Below, in pieces: positions 36,402 through 46,267 of a stretch of DNA of 54,893 nucleotides. The DNA is from Chloroflexota bacterium (GTDB lineage: Bacteria > Chloroflexota > Dehalococcoidia > UBA2979): contig QWQU01000003.1 in assembly GCA_003670735.1 (NCBI GenBank), positions 1-54,893 of the forward strand, given 5' to 3'. The notes beneath the pieces were generated by a model. It searched no databases and was not told the origin of the DNA. It saw nothing but the letters and a program-made list of their open reading frames with translations. The translations under genes were made by a program, and so were the position numbers. Each line of letters begins with the position of its first letter. Position 1 is the stretch's first letter.

Positions 36402-36581
36402 CTTCTGCTCTTCGCGCGAGCGCTCATCGCCTGCGTCTCTGTGTCGTTCGATGCTTCCGACTCGTGGCTGCTTCGCAGCCAGCAGGAGGGGGTGCCCTCC
36501 TGCACCTCCCGCGTCGCTTCGATGGTCGGGTGTTGAGCACACATACAATTAGTCACGACTGACTGAGATTCGGAGCACCTC

Positions 36582-37208
36582 ATGCCTCGACTGCTGATTG
36601 CGACGACGAACGCGGGGAAGGCTCGCGAGATCGGGGAGCTGCTAGCCGGGACGGGCTGGGAGTGCGTCTCCGTGCGGGAGGCGGGGTTGCCCTCGATCGA
36701 GGTGATTGAGACGGGGCGGTCCTACCTCGAGAACGCGGTGCTCAAGGCGGAGACGTACGCGGCGGTGTCGGGGATGCCGACGCTCGCGGACGACTCCGGG
36801 CTCGAGGTTGACGCGCTGGACGGGGCGCCGGGGGTGATCTCGGCGCGGTTCGGCGGGCCCTCGGTCGGCTCGGACGCCGAGCGGACAGCGCTGCTGCTCC
36901 AGCGCCTCGAGGGGGTGCCGATGGCCCGCCGCAGGGCGCGCTTCCGAGCGGTGGTCGCCCTCGGGCTGCCGGGTGGGCAGGTCTTCGTGCGTGAGGGCGT
37001 GCTGCCGGGGCGAATCGCGCTGGCGCCACGTGGGAGCTCGGGCTTTGGGTACGACCCGGTCCTCGAGCTGGCCGACGGACGGACGGTGGCGGAGCTGGGC
37101 GACGAGAAGCAGACGATCAGCCATCGCGCGCAGGCAGTTCGTGCGATGATATCTGTGCTACAGAGTCTCAACGAGCACGCGAGCGGGGCTCCCTCCCGCC
37201 ACCGCTGA
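36582..37208 (+). CDS. rdgB: Non-canonical purine NTP pyrophosphatase (RdgB/Ham1)
   Basis: ATTNAGK..E, ENA..KA, ADDSGL.VDALDGAPGV.SAR, GFGYDP, K..ISHR. Confidence 0.95.
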   Translation: MPRLLIATTNAGKAREIGELLAGTGWECVSVREAGLPSIEVIETGRSYLENAVLKAETYAAVSGMPTLADDSGLEVDALDGAPGVISARFGGPSVGSDAERTALLLQRLEGVPMARRRARFRAVVALGLPGGQVFVREGVLPGRIALAPRGSSGFGYDPVLELADGRTVAELGDEKQTISHRAQAVRAMISVLQSLNEHASGAPSRHR

Positions 37209-37238
37209 CGCTCGTCTGGGCTCACTGGGAGCACCCAT

Positions 37239-38285
37239 ATGACCAGCTCGAACGCTTCGACAGAGGGCAACGGCCCGCTGACCATCACCGACCGCCTTGG
37301 GCGGCCGCTGCGCGACCTGCGCATCTCCGTGACCGACCGCTGCAACTTCCGCTGCCGCTACTGCATGCCTCGCGAGGTGTTCGGCGCGGACTTCGCATTC
37401 CTGCCGCGCTCCGAGATCCTCTCGTTCGAGGAGATCACGCGACTGGCGCGCATCTTCGCGGACCACGGCGTACAGAAGATTCGCCTCACGGGTGGTGAGC
37501 CGACGCTGCGCGCGGAACTGCCGACGCTGATTCAGATGCTGAAGGAGACGATTCCCGGCATCGAGATCGCGATGACGACCAACGCCTCGCTGCTGGTGCA
37601 GCAGGCGGAGAAGCTGGCCAAGGCCGGCCTCGACCGGATCACGGTGTCGCTCGACTCGCTCGACGACGACGTGTTCCGCGCGATGAACGATGTGAACTTC
37701 CCGGTCGCGCGCGTACTCGAAGGCATCGAGGCGGCGCAGGCGGCGGGCATCGGCCCGATCAAGGTGAACGCAGTCGTGAAGCGCGGCGTGAACGACCACA
37801 CGATCGTCCCGCTCGCGAAGTTCATTCGTGAGCGCGGGCTGATCCTGCGCTACATCGAGTACATGGACGTCGGCACCAAGAATGGCTGGCGCATGGACGA
37901 TGTCGTGCCCGGCTCCGAAGTCGTCGAGATGATCTCGAAGGAACTGCCGCTGGAGCCGATGGACGCGCAGTACCGCGGCGAGGTCGCGAAGCGCTGGCGC
38001 TACGCGGACGGCAGCGGCGAGGTCGGCGTGATCACCTCGGTGACGGCGCCATTCTGCGGCGACTGCACGCGCGCGCGGCTGTCGGCGGAGGGCTCGATCT
38101 ACACGTGCCTGTTCGCGGCAGCCGGCACTGACTTCCGCGCGCTGCTGCGCAACGGGTCCAGCGACGAAGAGATCGGGCTCGTGATCCGCGAGATGTGGGG
38201 CATGCGCGACGACCGGTACTCGGAGATTCGCTCCGACAACACGGTGCACATGCCCAAGGTCGAGATGTCTTACATCGGCGGATAG
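37239..38285 (+). CDS. moaA: GTP 3',8-cyclase
   Basis: [28 protein letters not shown]....YTCLF, C-terminal MSYIGG. Confidence 0.97.
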   Translation: MTSSNASTEGNGPLTITDRLGRPLRDLRISVTDRCNFRCRYCMPREVFGADFAFLPRSEILSFEEITRLARIFADHGVQKIRLTGGEPTLRAELPTLIQMLKETIPGIEIAMTTNASLLVQQAEKLAKAGLDRITVSLDSLDDDVFRAMNDVNFPVARVLEGIEAAQAAGIGPIKVNAVVKRGVNDHTIVPLAKFIRERGLILRYIEYMDVGTKNGWRMDDVVPGSEVVEMISKELPLEPMDAQYRGEVAKRWRYADGSGEVGVITSVTAPFCGDCTRARLSAEGSIYTCLFAAAGTDFRALLRNGSSDEEIGLVIREMWGMRDDRYSEIRSDNTVHMPKVEMSYIGG

Positions 38286-38310
38286 TGCCGCTGCCTTGAG
38301 AGGTACGTGC

Positions 38311-38793
38311 ATGACCCAGGCTGAGCTGTCACATCTCGATGCCGAGGGGCACGCGCGCATGGTCGATGTGTCGGCCAAGGACGAGACGCATCGTGTTGCC
38401 ACGGCGCGCGGTCGGATCGTGATGCAGCCGGAGACGCTCGCGATGATCGTCGAGGGCAAGATGCCGAAGGGCGATGTGTTCGCCGTGGCGCGCATCGCCG
38501 GGATCATGGCGGCGAAGCAAACCTCCTCGTTGATTCCGCTGTGTCATCCGCTGGCGATCACGGGGGTTGAGGTCAACCTCACGCCCAGCGCCTCGAACGC
38601 CTCGGTGGAGATCGAGGCGACCGTGCGCACGACCGGGCAGACGGGCGTCGAGATGGAGGCGCTCACCGCAGTGAGCGTGACGGCGCTGGCGGTGTACGAC
38701 ATGTGCAAGGCAGTCGAGCGCGGGATGCTGATCGAGGACATCCGTCTCGTCGCCAAGTCAGGCGGCAAGTCCGGCGACTACGTAGCACAGTAA
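38311..38793 (+). CDS. moaC: Cyclic pyranopterin monophosphate synthase
   Basis: [42 protein letters not shown]. Confidence 0.97.
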   Translation: MTQAELSHLDAEGHARMVDVSAKDETHRVATARGRIVMQPETLAMIVEGKMPKGDVFAVARIAGIMAAKQTSSLIPLCHPLAITGVEVNLTPSASNASVEIEATVRTTGQTGVEMEALTAVSVTALAVYDMCKAVERGMLIEDIRLVAKSGGKSGDYVAQ

Positions 38794-38805
38794 GGCGCTG
38801 GCTCG

Positions 38806-39564
38806 ATGGATCCGGTGCGGCGCGCCGCCCTCCGTCAACGATTCAACAACGCTATCGACGTTCCGATGCTCATTCTGGCATTGGCGTTCGTGCCGCTGCT
38901 GATCATCCCCGAAGTCGCAGAAATCTCCCCTGAGCTGCAGTTCGAGCTCGACGTCGTCGACTGGATCATCTGGTCGGCGTTTGCGTTCGAGCTGGTAGTG
39001 AACATCTACCTCGCCGACGCTCGCAGGTCGTACGTCCGTCAGCGGTGGTTCGATGTCGCCATTGTCCTGCTGCCGTTCCTCCAACCGCTGCGTATCACGC
39101 GTTCCGTGCGGGTACTCCGCCTGCTGCGTGCGATTCGCGTCGTATCGGTCGCGGCGCGCATTCACCACGCGATTCGAGACATCTTCTTCGTGCATGGCGT
39201 GCAATACGTCCTCGCGGTAGCGATGCTGCTGCTAGTCATCGCCGCAGCCGCTGTGACGCACTTCGAGCGCAGCGCCGGCGGCAGCATCAATAGCTTCGGC
39301 ACTGGGCCCTGGTGGGCGCTCACGACCGTGACGACGGTGGGCTACGGCGATACGTACCCGGTCACACCTGAAGGCCGCGGCATCGCTGTATTTGTGATGC
39401 TGCTTGGGATCGGGTTGTTCGGCACGCTGACTGCTTCAGTCGCCGCGTACTTCGCGACCTCCAGTGAACGGCCTTCAGAAACAACGCTCGACGACGTCCT
39501 GACCGAGATCCGACGGCTCGAGTCCCGACTCGACGAGACGCTCAGCGAGCGAAGGAGCACGTGA
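38806..39564 (+). CDS. Voltage-gated potassium channel family protein
   Basis: S4-like RITRSVRVLRLLRAIR; selectivity filter TTVGYGD. Confidence 0.92.
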   Translation: MDPVRRAALRQRFNNAIDVPMLILALAFVPLLIIPEVAEISPELQFELDVVDWIIWSAFAFELVVNIYLADARRSYVRQRWFDVAIVLLPFLQPLRITRSVRVLRLLRAIRVVSVAARIHHAIRDIFFVHGVQYVLAVAMLLLVIAAAAVTHFERSAGGSINSFGTGPWWALTTVTTVGYGDTYPVTPEGRGIAVFVMLLGIGLFGTLTASVAAYFATSSERPSETTLDDVLTEIRRLESRLDETLSERRST

Positions 39565-39571
39565 TGCACGG

Positions 39572-39859
39572 ATGATCGGCAAGATGACGACCGTGTTCGG
39601 GCGACGCGATGAGCTGGTCTCGATATTGCTGAAGAGCACGGTCGAGATGCCGGGGTGCCTGAGCTATGTGCTCGCGGCAGACCCGACGGATGCTGATGCG
39701 ATCTGGATCACCGAGGTGTGGGACAACGAGGCCTCGTGGTCGGCATCGCTCCAATTGCCCGAGGTGCAGGCGGCGATTGCCGAGGCTCGACCGCTGATCA
39801 CGGGGATGGAGCCGCGGTATGTCACGACGCCACTCGGGGGCGTGGGGCTGCCTCGATAG
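39572..39859 (+). CDS. ABM-family putative monooxygenase
   Basis: G.RDEL..IL.....MPGCLSY....D..D...IWITEVW. Confidence 0.85.
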   Translation: MIGKMTTVFGRRDELVSILLKSTVEMPGCLSYVLAADPTDADAIWITEVWDNEASWSASLQLPEVQAAIAEARPLITGMEPRYVTTPLGGVGLPR

Positions 39860-39886
39860 CTGCGAGGGATAGCTCCGGGTGGATAG

Positions 39887-40867
39887 CTAGCGGCGGGACT
39901 GCTCGCTCGGCGGGGCAAAGATGAGGCCGCGCACGAGCTGGATGAGCGAGGTGCGCCAATCGCCCTCGCCGTTGGGTGCGTAGCCTCGACGCGGCTCACC
40001 GCGCATGACATGGCCCACCTCGGCGGACACCTCGGCGCCAAACAGCAGGATGTTCGCGCTGACGTAGACCCAGAACAGCAGCGCGATCACGCCTCCGAGC
40101 GAGCCATAGACAAGCTGGTACGCGTTGAAGTGCGCGAGGTAGACAGCAAAGCCCGTCTTGGCCACCTCGAACAGGACGGCTGCGAGCAGGGCGCCGGGCC
40201 AGATGTGCAGCAGCCTCGTGGCGCGGTGCGGGAGTGCTCGGTACAGCAGCAGGAACGTGCAGAAGGTCGTGGCTGCGGGGAGTGCGAGACCGCCGAGGTC
40301 CCACAACCAGGTCACGCCGGAGACATCGACGTAGGTGTCCGCTCGCGCCTGGATGAAGCGCCAGAACGTGGTGGCGACGGTTGAGGCGAGGAAGAGCAGG
40401 CCGGAGAGCAGCACGATCAGGTAGTCGAGCAGTTTCGCGCGGACGTACGGCAATCCTCGGCTGACATCGAAGACGACTTCCAGCGCGCTCCGAACAGCGG
40501 TAGCGAGCGCGCCGGACGACCATGCGGCGCCGAGCAGTGAGACAACCGAGAGCGTGGGGCCGAGGTCAGCGAGGGCGCGCAGTGACGACTCGATGGTCGG
40601 AGCCTGGACGGGGAGCGCGGTGACAATGGAGTCGAGGACGCGCGCCTGGATGGTCTCGTTGCGCAGGATGATGCCGAAGACAGCGACGACGAGCAGCGCG
40701 AGTGGGAACAGCGAGAAGAGCGCGAAGTAGGAGATGGCGGCCGCGAGGAGCGTGCAGCGGTCCTCGACGAAGTTGACGATCGCACGACGCAGCGACCAGG
40801 TCGCGATGCGCCAGATCGAGAAGGCCGCCACCGATGAGTGCATCGCGTTGGTCGCCTGGGTGCCCAT
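39887..40867 (-). CDS. YihY/BrkB family membrane protein
   Basis: AAAISYFALFSLFP, LLYRALP, WPGAL, Y..VYGSLG..IALLFWVY.S...LLFGAE. Confidence 0.92.
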   Translation of the reverse strand: MGTQATNAMHSSVAAFSIWRIATWSLRRAIVNFVEDRCTLLAAAISYFALFSLFPLALLVVAVFGIILRNETIQARVLDSIVTALPVQAPTIESSLRALADLGPTLSVVSLLGAAWSSGALATAVRSALEVVFDVSRGLPYVRAKLLDYLIVLLSGLLFLASTVATTFWRFIQARADTYVDVSGVTWLWDLGGLALPAATTFCTFLLLYRALPHRATRLLHIWPGALLAAVLFEVAKTGFAVYLAHFNAYQLVYGSLGGVIALLFWVYVSANILLFGAEVSAEVGHVMRGEPRRGYAPNGEGDWRTSLIQLVRGLIFAPPSEQSRR

Positions 40868-40968
40868 GGGCGTCCTCGTTCGGTCGAGTCAGCGCTCTGC
40901 CGCTGGCTCGACTGCCACCCCCCGCCTTGTCATGCTATGCCGCAGAACCGCTACAAGGGATCACCTCC

Positions 40969-42111
40969 GTGACCAGCGATCGCCTGCACGCCCAACACAT
41001 CGAGTACCGCCGCATCGTCGTCAAAGTTGGGTCCAACCTGCTGACGGCGGGCACGGACAGCCTGAACGCAGCCGCGATGGCGGCTGTGGTCGAGCAGATT
41101 GCGGCGATCCGCGAGTTGGGTGCACAGGTCGTCGTGGTGTCCTCGGGGGCGATTGCGGCGGGGCGACACCGACTCGGCGACGCCGAGCAGGGGCACGACG
41201 TGCCGTCGCGGCAGGTGCTGGCGGCGGTGGGCCAGAGCCGGCTGATGTCGGTCTGGGACGAGCTATTCGAGCTGCGCGGGATCGTGGTCGCGCAGGCGCT
41301 GCTGACCCGTGGCGACCTCGTGGATCGGCTCGGGTATCTGAACGCGCGGACGACGCTGCTCGGGCTGATCGAGCGCGGGGTCGTGCCGATCGTGAACGAG
41401 AACGATGTCGTCTCCAGCGACGAGATCCGCGACTCGAAGATTGGTGACAACGACAACCTCTCGGCGGAGGTCGCGAACCTCGTCGACGCGGACCTGCTGC
41501 TGATCCTGACGGACATTGCTGGGCTGTACTCGACCGACCCGAGGCAGGATCCGAACGCGCAGCTCATCGCCGAAGTGACGCGCATCGACGACGTGATCGC
41601 ACGAGCGGCGCAGGGCGCGCCGGGTGAGCGTGGCACGGGCGGGATGGCGACGAAGGTGCAGGCGGCGCGAACGGCCACCTCGGCCGGGGTGCACGTCGTG
41701 ATCTGCGACGGCAGCGCGGCCGACATCGTGCGCCGGATCGCGGGCGGCGAGGTGGCAGGTACGCACTTTCTCCCAACGGCTGACCGGGTCGAGTCGCGAC
41801 GGCGGCACCTGCTCTCCGCACTACAGTCGCGAGGGCGGCTCGTCGTGGACGACGGGGCGGCTCGGGCGCTCGAGTTCGACGGCAAGTCACTGCTGCCGGC
41901 GGGCATCCTGCGGGTCGAGGGCGAGTTCCAGCGCGGGGACGTGGTGCGCATCCTCACGGCGCAGGGGCGCGATATCGCCTCGGGGACCGCGAGCTATGCC
42001 GCGGCGGATATCGAGCGGGTGCGCGGGCAGCGTTCCGACCGGATCGCCGAGGTGCTGGGGTACGAGTACGGCGAGGAAGTCGTGCACCGCAACAACCTCG
42101 TGCTGCTGTAA
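40969..42111 (+). CDS. proB: Glutamate 5-kinase
   Basis: RIVVKVGS, VSSGAIAAG, AAVGQ, PIVNENDVV, GDNDNLS, GTGGMATK, PUA domain ending VHRNNLV. Confidence 0.97.
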   Translation: MTSDRLHAQHIEYRRIVVKVGSNLLTAGTDSLNAAAMAAVVEQIAAIRELGAQVVVVSSGAIAAGRHRLGDAEQGHDVPSRQVLAAVGQSRLMSVWDELFELRGIVVAQALLTRGDLVDRLGYLNARTTLLGLIERGVVPIVNENDVVSSDEIRDSKIGDNDNLSAEVANLVDADLLLILTDIAGLYSTDPRQDPNAQLIAEVTRIDDVIARAAQGAPGERGTGGMATKVQAARTATSAGVHVVICDGSAADIVRRIAGGEVAGTHFLPTADRVESRRRHLLSALQSRGRLVVDDGAARALEFDGKSLLPAGILRVEGEFQRGDVVRILTAQGRDIASGTASYAAADIERVRGQRSDRIAEVLGYEYGEEVVHRNNLVLL

Positions 42112-42187
42112 CTCTGGCGCGCCTGCGGCGCGACAGGGCGGGCTTTCACGGCGGGTGCGGGGTCGATCAGGTACGATCCTCGGCACT

Positions 42188-43456
42188 ATGACTGCAACGA
42201 CCACGTCCGAAGCCACCACGAAAGCCGCCGCGGCTCGCGTCGCGAGCAAGCGCATGGGCTCGATTTCGAGCGCGCAGAAAGATGCCGCGCTGCGAGCGAT
42301 CGCCGATGCGCTGGTCGCGGAGTCCCCGCGCATCCTCGAGGCCAACGCGGGCGACATGGCGCGCGGCACGGAGCGCGGCATCAACGAGTCGTTCCTCGAC
42401 CGAATGCTACTGACGCCGGAGCGCATCGAGGGGATGGCGCGCGATGTGCGCGCGGTCGCGATGCTGCCGGATCCGGTCGGTGATGTGCTGGAGATGACGA
42501 CGCGGCCCAACGGCATGCAGGTCGGGCGCATTCGCGTTCCGCTCGGTGTGATCGGGGCGGTATACGAGTCGCGACCGAACGTGACGGTGGACATCGCCGT
42601 GCTGTGCCTGAAGTCGGGCAACGGCGTCGTGCTGCGCTCGGGGACGGACGCGCACGCGACCTCCTCAGTGCTCGCGTCGATCGTGATCGCGGCGGTCGAG
42701 GCCGCCGGACTGCCGCAGGGCATCGTGCAATTCATCGACTCGACGGATCGCGCCGAGGTCGGTGCGATGCTGCGCGCGCACGAGTCGATCGACCTGATGA
42801 TTCCTCGTGGTGGTGCAGACCTGATCCGCCGCACGCGCGACGAGGCCACAATGCCGGTGGTCGCCGGCGGCATCGGCGTCTGCCACACCTACGTCGATAG
42901 CGAGGCTGACCTCGAGATGGCGCGCGCGATCATCGTGAACGCGAAGACGCGTCGCGTGTCGATCTGCAACGCGCTAGACACGGTGCTGGTACACCAGGCG
43001 GTGGCGGACTCGATCCTGCCGGCGCTGTCGGCCGAGCTGGGCACGCACGGCGTGACGCTACACACGGACGCGCGCGCAGGTGCGCTCGCGAACGGCGCGC
43101 CGACGGTGCCTGTGACCGAGGACGACTACGACCGCGAGTGGCTGTCGTACGACTGCTCGGTGCGCGTGGTCGATTCGTTCGAGGACGCGCTGGCGCACAT
43201 CGATGTGCACGGCAGCGGTCACTCGGAGGCGATCATCACTGAGGACTACGCGCTGGCTCGACGCTTCCTGCAGCAGGTAGACGCGGCGGCGGTCTATGTG
43301 AACGCCTCGACGCAATTCACTGATGGCGGTGAGTTCGGGTTGGGTGTGGAGTTCGGCATCTCGACGCAGAAGATGCACGCGCGCGGTCCGATGGGGCTGC
43401 GCGAGCTGACCTCGTACAAGTGGATCATCATGGGCGACGGGCAGACGCGGCCCTAG
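42188..43456 (+). CDS. proA: Gamma-glutamyl phosphate reductase
   Basis: VPLGVIG..YESRPNVT, CLKSGN, IPRGG, CNALDT, GSGHSEAI, VNAST.FTDGGEFGLG.E.GISTQKMHARGPMGL. Confidence 0.97.
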   Translation: MTATTTSEATTKAAAARVASKRMGSISSAQKDAALRAIADALVAESPRILEANAGDMARGTERGINESFLDRMLLTPERIEGMARDVRAVAMLPDPVGDVLEMTTRPNGMQVGRIRVPLGVIGAVYESRPNVTVDIAVLCLKSGNGVVLRSGTDAHATSSVLASIVIAAVEAAGLPQGIVQFIDSTDRAEVGAMLRAHESIDLMIPRGGADLIRRTRDEATMPVVAGGIGVCHTYVDSEADLEMARAIIVNAKTRRVSICNALDTVLVHQAVADSILPALSAELGTHGVTLHTDARAGALANGAPTVPVTEDDYDREWLSYDCSVRVVDSFEDALAHIDVHGSGHSEAIITEDYALARRFLQQVDAAAVYVNASTQFTDGGEFGLGVEFGISTQKMHARGPMGLRELTSYKWIIMGDGQTRP

Positions 43457-43479
43457 CTCGCGCACGAACAGAGGGCACG

Positions 43480-43800
43480 ATGGCCGACTATCACTTCGAG
43501 CGCGAGGCACGTACGCCGTATTCCGAGGTGTACACGATCGACGACGGCGAGCACTCGCTGGGGCGGGTCGATGTGCATTACACGGCCTCGGCAACACACG
43601 CGACGCTGAACATCCACCAGTCGCTGAGCGACGAGCAAATGCACGACCTCCTCGCGGCGATCGATGAGGAGATCGTCTCGACCGCCGACCCATACCGCGA
43701 AGATCTGATCGTGACGGTCTGGCGCGGCGAGGAAGTCGGCGTATTCGCGGACGACGACAACCTCGATCAGGACGACGACGCAGACGAGCAGATGCCGTAG
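43480..43800 (+). CDS. Conserved acidic hypothetical protein
   Basis: MADYHFEREARTPYSEVY...GRVDVHYT...IDEEIV.TADPYRED.IVTVW.G; strong coding bias. Confidence 0.8.
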   Translation: MADYHFEREARTPYSEVYTIDDGEHSLGRVDVHYTASATHATLNIHQSLSDEQMHDLLAAIDEEIVSTADPYREDLIVTVWRGEEVGVFADDDNLDQDDDADEQMP

Positions 43801-43823
43801 GCATCGCTTCGAGCGCACTAATA

Positions 43824-43850
43824 CGAAGGCCGCCCGATGGGCGGCCTTCG
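43824..43850. terminator. Hairpin between convergent genes
   Basis: CGAAGGCCGCCC-GAT-GGGCGGCCTTCG. Confidence 0.7.
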
Positions 43851-43875
43851 CTATGTTCGCGTGAGGACTCGAGTG

Positions 43876-44826
43876 TTAGCGCTTGCGGGCGATCGCGCTC
43901 TGGGCGGCCGAGACGATGTGCTCGGGAGTGAGGCCCATGATCTCCATGAGCTCGCTCGAGGTGCCGGACTCGCCGTAGCGGTTCGGGACAGCGACGAATT
44001 CCATGGGCACGGGCAACTTCGTGGCGAGTGCCTGCGCGCACATGGCGCCGAGGCCGGTCAGTGCGATGTGCTCCTCGGCGACGACGATTGCACCGGTGTC
44101 GCGGGCAGCGGCGACCAGTGCGTCCTCGTCGAGGGGGCGCACACTGGCCATGTTGAGCACGCGAGCCTGGATGCCAGAGTTCGCAAGCGTCTCGGCAGCA
44201 TCGAGTGCGCGAGTGACCATCGTGCCGATGGCGACGATCGTGACGTCGGTGCCCTCGCGCAGCATGTCGGCCTTGCCGAGCTGCAGGCGCACGCCGTCGG
44301 GGTAGATCACGCGCTCACGCGAGCGGCCGGTGCGAATCATGAAGGGGCCGGGCGTCTTCGCAGCGAGCTCGTGCGCGGCGGCTGCCTCGACGACATCGGC
44401 CGGGACGATCACGCGGAAGTTCATCAGCGACGAGAAGAGCGCGATATCCTCGATGGACTGTGCGCTGGCGCCATCCTCGCCGACTGTGACGCCGGCGTGC
44501 GAGATGACGATCTTCACGTTGAGGTTGGGCTGGGCGATGTTCATGCGGATCTGGTCGTAAGCGTGCTCCGCGAAGACCGCGAACGTGCTGGCGAAGACGG
44601 TGAAGCCCATCGTCGATAGACCAGCGGCGGCGGAGAACATGTCCTGCTCGGCAGCGCCGAACTCGAACCAGCGTTCTGGGAACTCGTTCTTGAAGCGACG
44701 CGCCGAGGTCGATGCGCCGAGGTCGGCGTCCACGACGACGAGGTCGTGTCCTTCGTTCTGGAGGCGGATCAGCGTGGGGCCGAGTGCCTCACGCGTTGCG
44801 GCGGGTGCGGGAGCGGTTGTTGTCAT
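43876..44826 (-). CDS. Transketolase, C-terminal subunit
   Basis: VVDADL..ST, FGAAEQ, YDQIR, GEDGASAQSIED, EEH. Confidence 0.93.
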   Translation of the reverse strand: MTTTAPAPAATREALGPTLIRLQNEGHDLVVVDADLGASTSARRFKNEFPERWFEFGAAEQDMFSAAAGLSTMGFTVFASTFAVFAEHAYDQIRMNIAQPNLNVKIVISHAGVTVGEDGASAQSIEDIALFSSLMNFRVIVPADVVEAAAAHELAAKTPGPFMIRTGRSRERVIYPDGVRLQLGKADMLREGTDVTIVAIGTMVTRALDAAETLANSGIQARVLNMASVRPLDEDALVAAARDTGAIVVAEEHIALTGLGAMCAQALATKLPVPMEFVAVPNRYGESGTSSELMEIMGLTPEHIVSAAQSAIARKR

Positions 44827-45656
44827 GCGTCGGCTCCGAGCTCCTGCATAGCAGCAGCAAACTGATCGGCGTTGGGAGCGGCACCATGGAAGCCCGGGTT
44901 GTTCTCCATGAAGGAGACGCCCTTGCCCTTGGTGGTCTCAAAGATCACGCAGGCGGGCTGACCCTTGGTGTCACGAGCCCACGTCAGGCCTTCTTCGACC
45001 TGAGCGAAGTCATGGCCATCGAGGCCCTCGCGCACGGCCCAGCCGAAGGCGCGGTACTTCTCGCCGATCGGCATCGGGTCCATCTGCTTCTCGACGAAGT
45101 CGTCGTTCTGGATGCGGTTGCGGTCGATGATGGCGACCAGGTTGTCGGCCTTGTGGAAGGACGCGGCCATCGCCGCTTCCCACACCTGGCCCTCCTGCTG
45201 CTCGCCGTCACCCATCAGCACGTAGGTCGTGACGTCGTTCATACCTCGGAGCCTTGCACCGAGGGAGATACCGAGTCCGAAGGACAGGCCCATGCCGAGG
45301 GCGCCGGCGGTGTTGTCGACACCACCGGGCTTGCCGAGCACGGAGTGACCCTGGAGGCGCGTGCCCTTCTTGCGGAAGGTCGAGAGCTCCTCAACAGGGA
45401 AGTAGCCCATCTCGGCGAGGATCGCGTACTGCACCGGGGTGCAGTGGCCCTTGCTCATGACGAAGCGGTCGCGCTCGGACCAGTCGGGCTTCTGCGGGTC
45501 GTGCCGCAGGAGCTTCGTATAGAGCACAGCCATGATGTCGGTCGCGGAGAGAGAGCCTCCGATGTGACCGGACTGGGCGGCGTACACCATGCGGACGACA
45601 TTCTGTCGAACCCGCGAGGTGAGCGCAGAAAGGTCTGGCTGCGTCGTTGCGACCAC
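44823..45656 (-). CDS. Transketolase, N-terminal subunit
   Basis: SGHIGGSLS, RDRFVMSKGH, LQGH, GDGEQQEGQVWEA, KGKGVSFMEN...HG. Confidence 0.94.
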   Translation of the reverse strand: MVATTQPDLSALTSRVRQNVVRMVYAAQSGHIGGSLSATDIMAVLYTKLLRHDPQKPDWSERDRFVMSKGHCTPVQYAILAEMGYFPVEELSTFRKKGTRLQGHSVLGKPGGVDNTAGALGMGLSFGLGISLGARLRGMNDVTTYVLMGDGEQQEGQVWEAAMAASFHKADNLVAIIDRNRIQNDDFVEKQMDPMPIGEKYRAFGWAVREGLDGHDFAQVEEGLTWARDTKGQPACVIFETTKGKGVSFMENNPGFHGAAPNADQFAAAMQELGADA

Positions 45657-45768
45657 GTTTTTTTGTCCTTCGCGTCAGAGATCGGCGCGAGTATACGAGG
45701 ACGCGGAGTCGCAGGTCTAGGAATTTTGCCGCGATCCGCGGGTTCGCGGCCCCGAGGCCAACGCGCTG

Positions 45769-45936
45769 TTAGCGCGCGGCGTCGCAGGCCGAGAAGCCGC
45801 AGACCGGGCACACGTTGCAGCCCTCGCCGTGGACGAGCGGACCGGCGCAGTCAGGACAGCGCGGACCGCGGAGCTCCATGCGGCGTAGGCGCCTCGACGT
45901 GAACATCGTGAGCGAGCGAGATGTCGTCTCGTTCAT
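45769..45936 (-). CDS. Small protein (55 aa) consisting mainly of an NrdJ-C-terminal-like Zn ribbon
   Basis: CPDCAGPLVHGEGCNVCPVCGFSAC; GGGAGG RBS before ATG 45936. Confidence 0.75.
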   Translation of the reverse strand: MNETTSRSLTMFTSRRLRRMELRGPRCPDCAGPLVHGEGCNVCPVCGFSACDAAR

Positions 45937-45968
45937 GGGTGGCCTCCCATGACTCCTCGAAGGGGTGA

Positions 45969-46020
45969 AGAACACTTGTTCTTATGAGAGGAGCCTAGAG
46001 AGAACACTTGTTCGTGTCAA
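45969..46020 (-). promoter_or_regulatory. sigma70 promoter with two LexA (SOS) boxes
   Basis: AGAACACTTGTTCT (45969-45982) and AGAACACTTGTTCG (46001-46014). Minus strand TTGACA-N17-TAGGCT with one box inside the spacer. Confidence 0.85.
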
Positions 46021-46054
46021 CTGCCGGGTGGCATGAGCCGGTAGGATTCCGGCC

Positions 46055-46246
46055 ATGCGCATCTTCCTGCTGCTCACCCTGACGGCGTTCATCGCGCTCT
46101 CGGTGGCGTTTCTCTACCAGCCAAAGGGCCAGCGGCGCGGCCGCTTCTACAACATTCAGCGACGGATCCGGATCGTGGGCTACGCCTATGTGGCGGCGGT
46201 GATCATTCGTCTGATCATTTACGTCTTCTTCCAGTTCGACTTCTAA
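46055..46246 (+). CDS. Small two-TM membrane protein
   Basis: Hydrophobic-basic-hydrophobic pattern; TAGGAT 7 nt before the ATG. Confidence 0.7.
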   Translation: MRIFLLLTLTAFIALSVAFLYQPKGQRRGRFYNIQRRIRIVGYAYVAAVIIRLIIYVFFQFDF

Positions 46247-46267
46247 GCCGTCGGACACACTCGAAGC

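Noticed and set aside
43876-45656. Split transketolase as a frameshifted gene
   Set aside because: Two-subunit transketolases with ATGA overlap are a well-known form.
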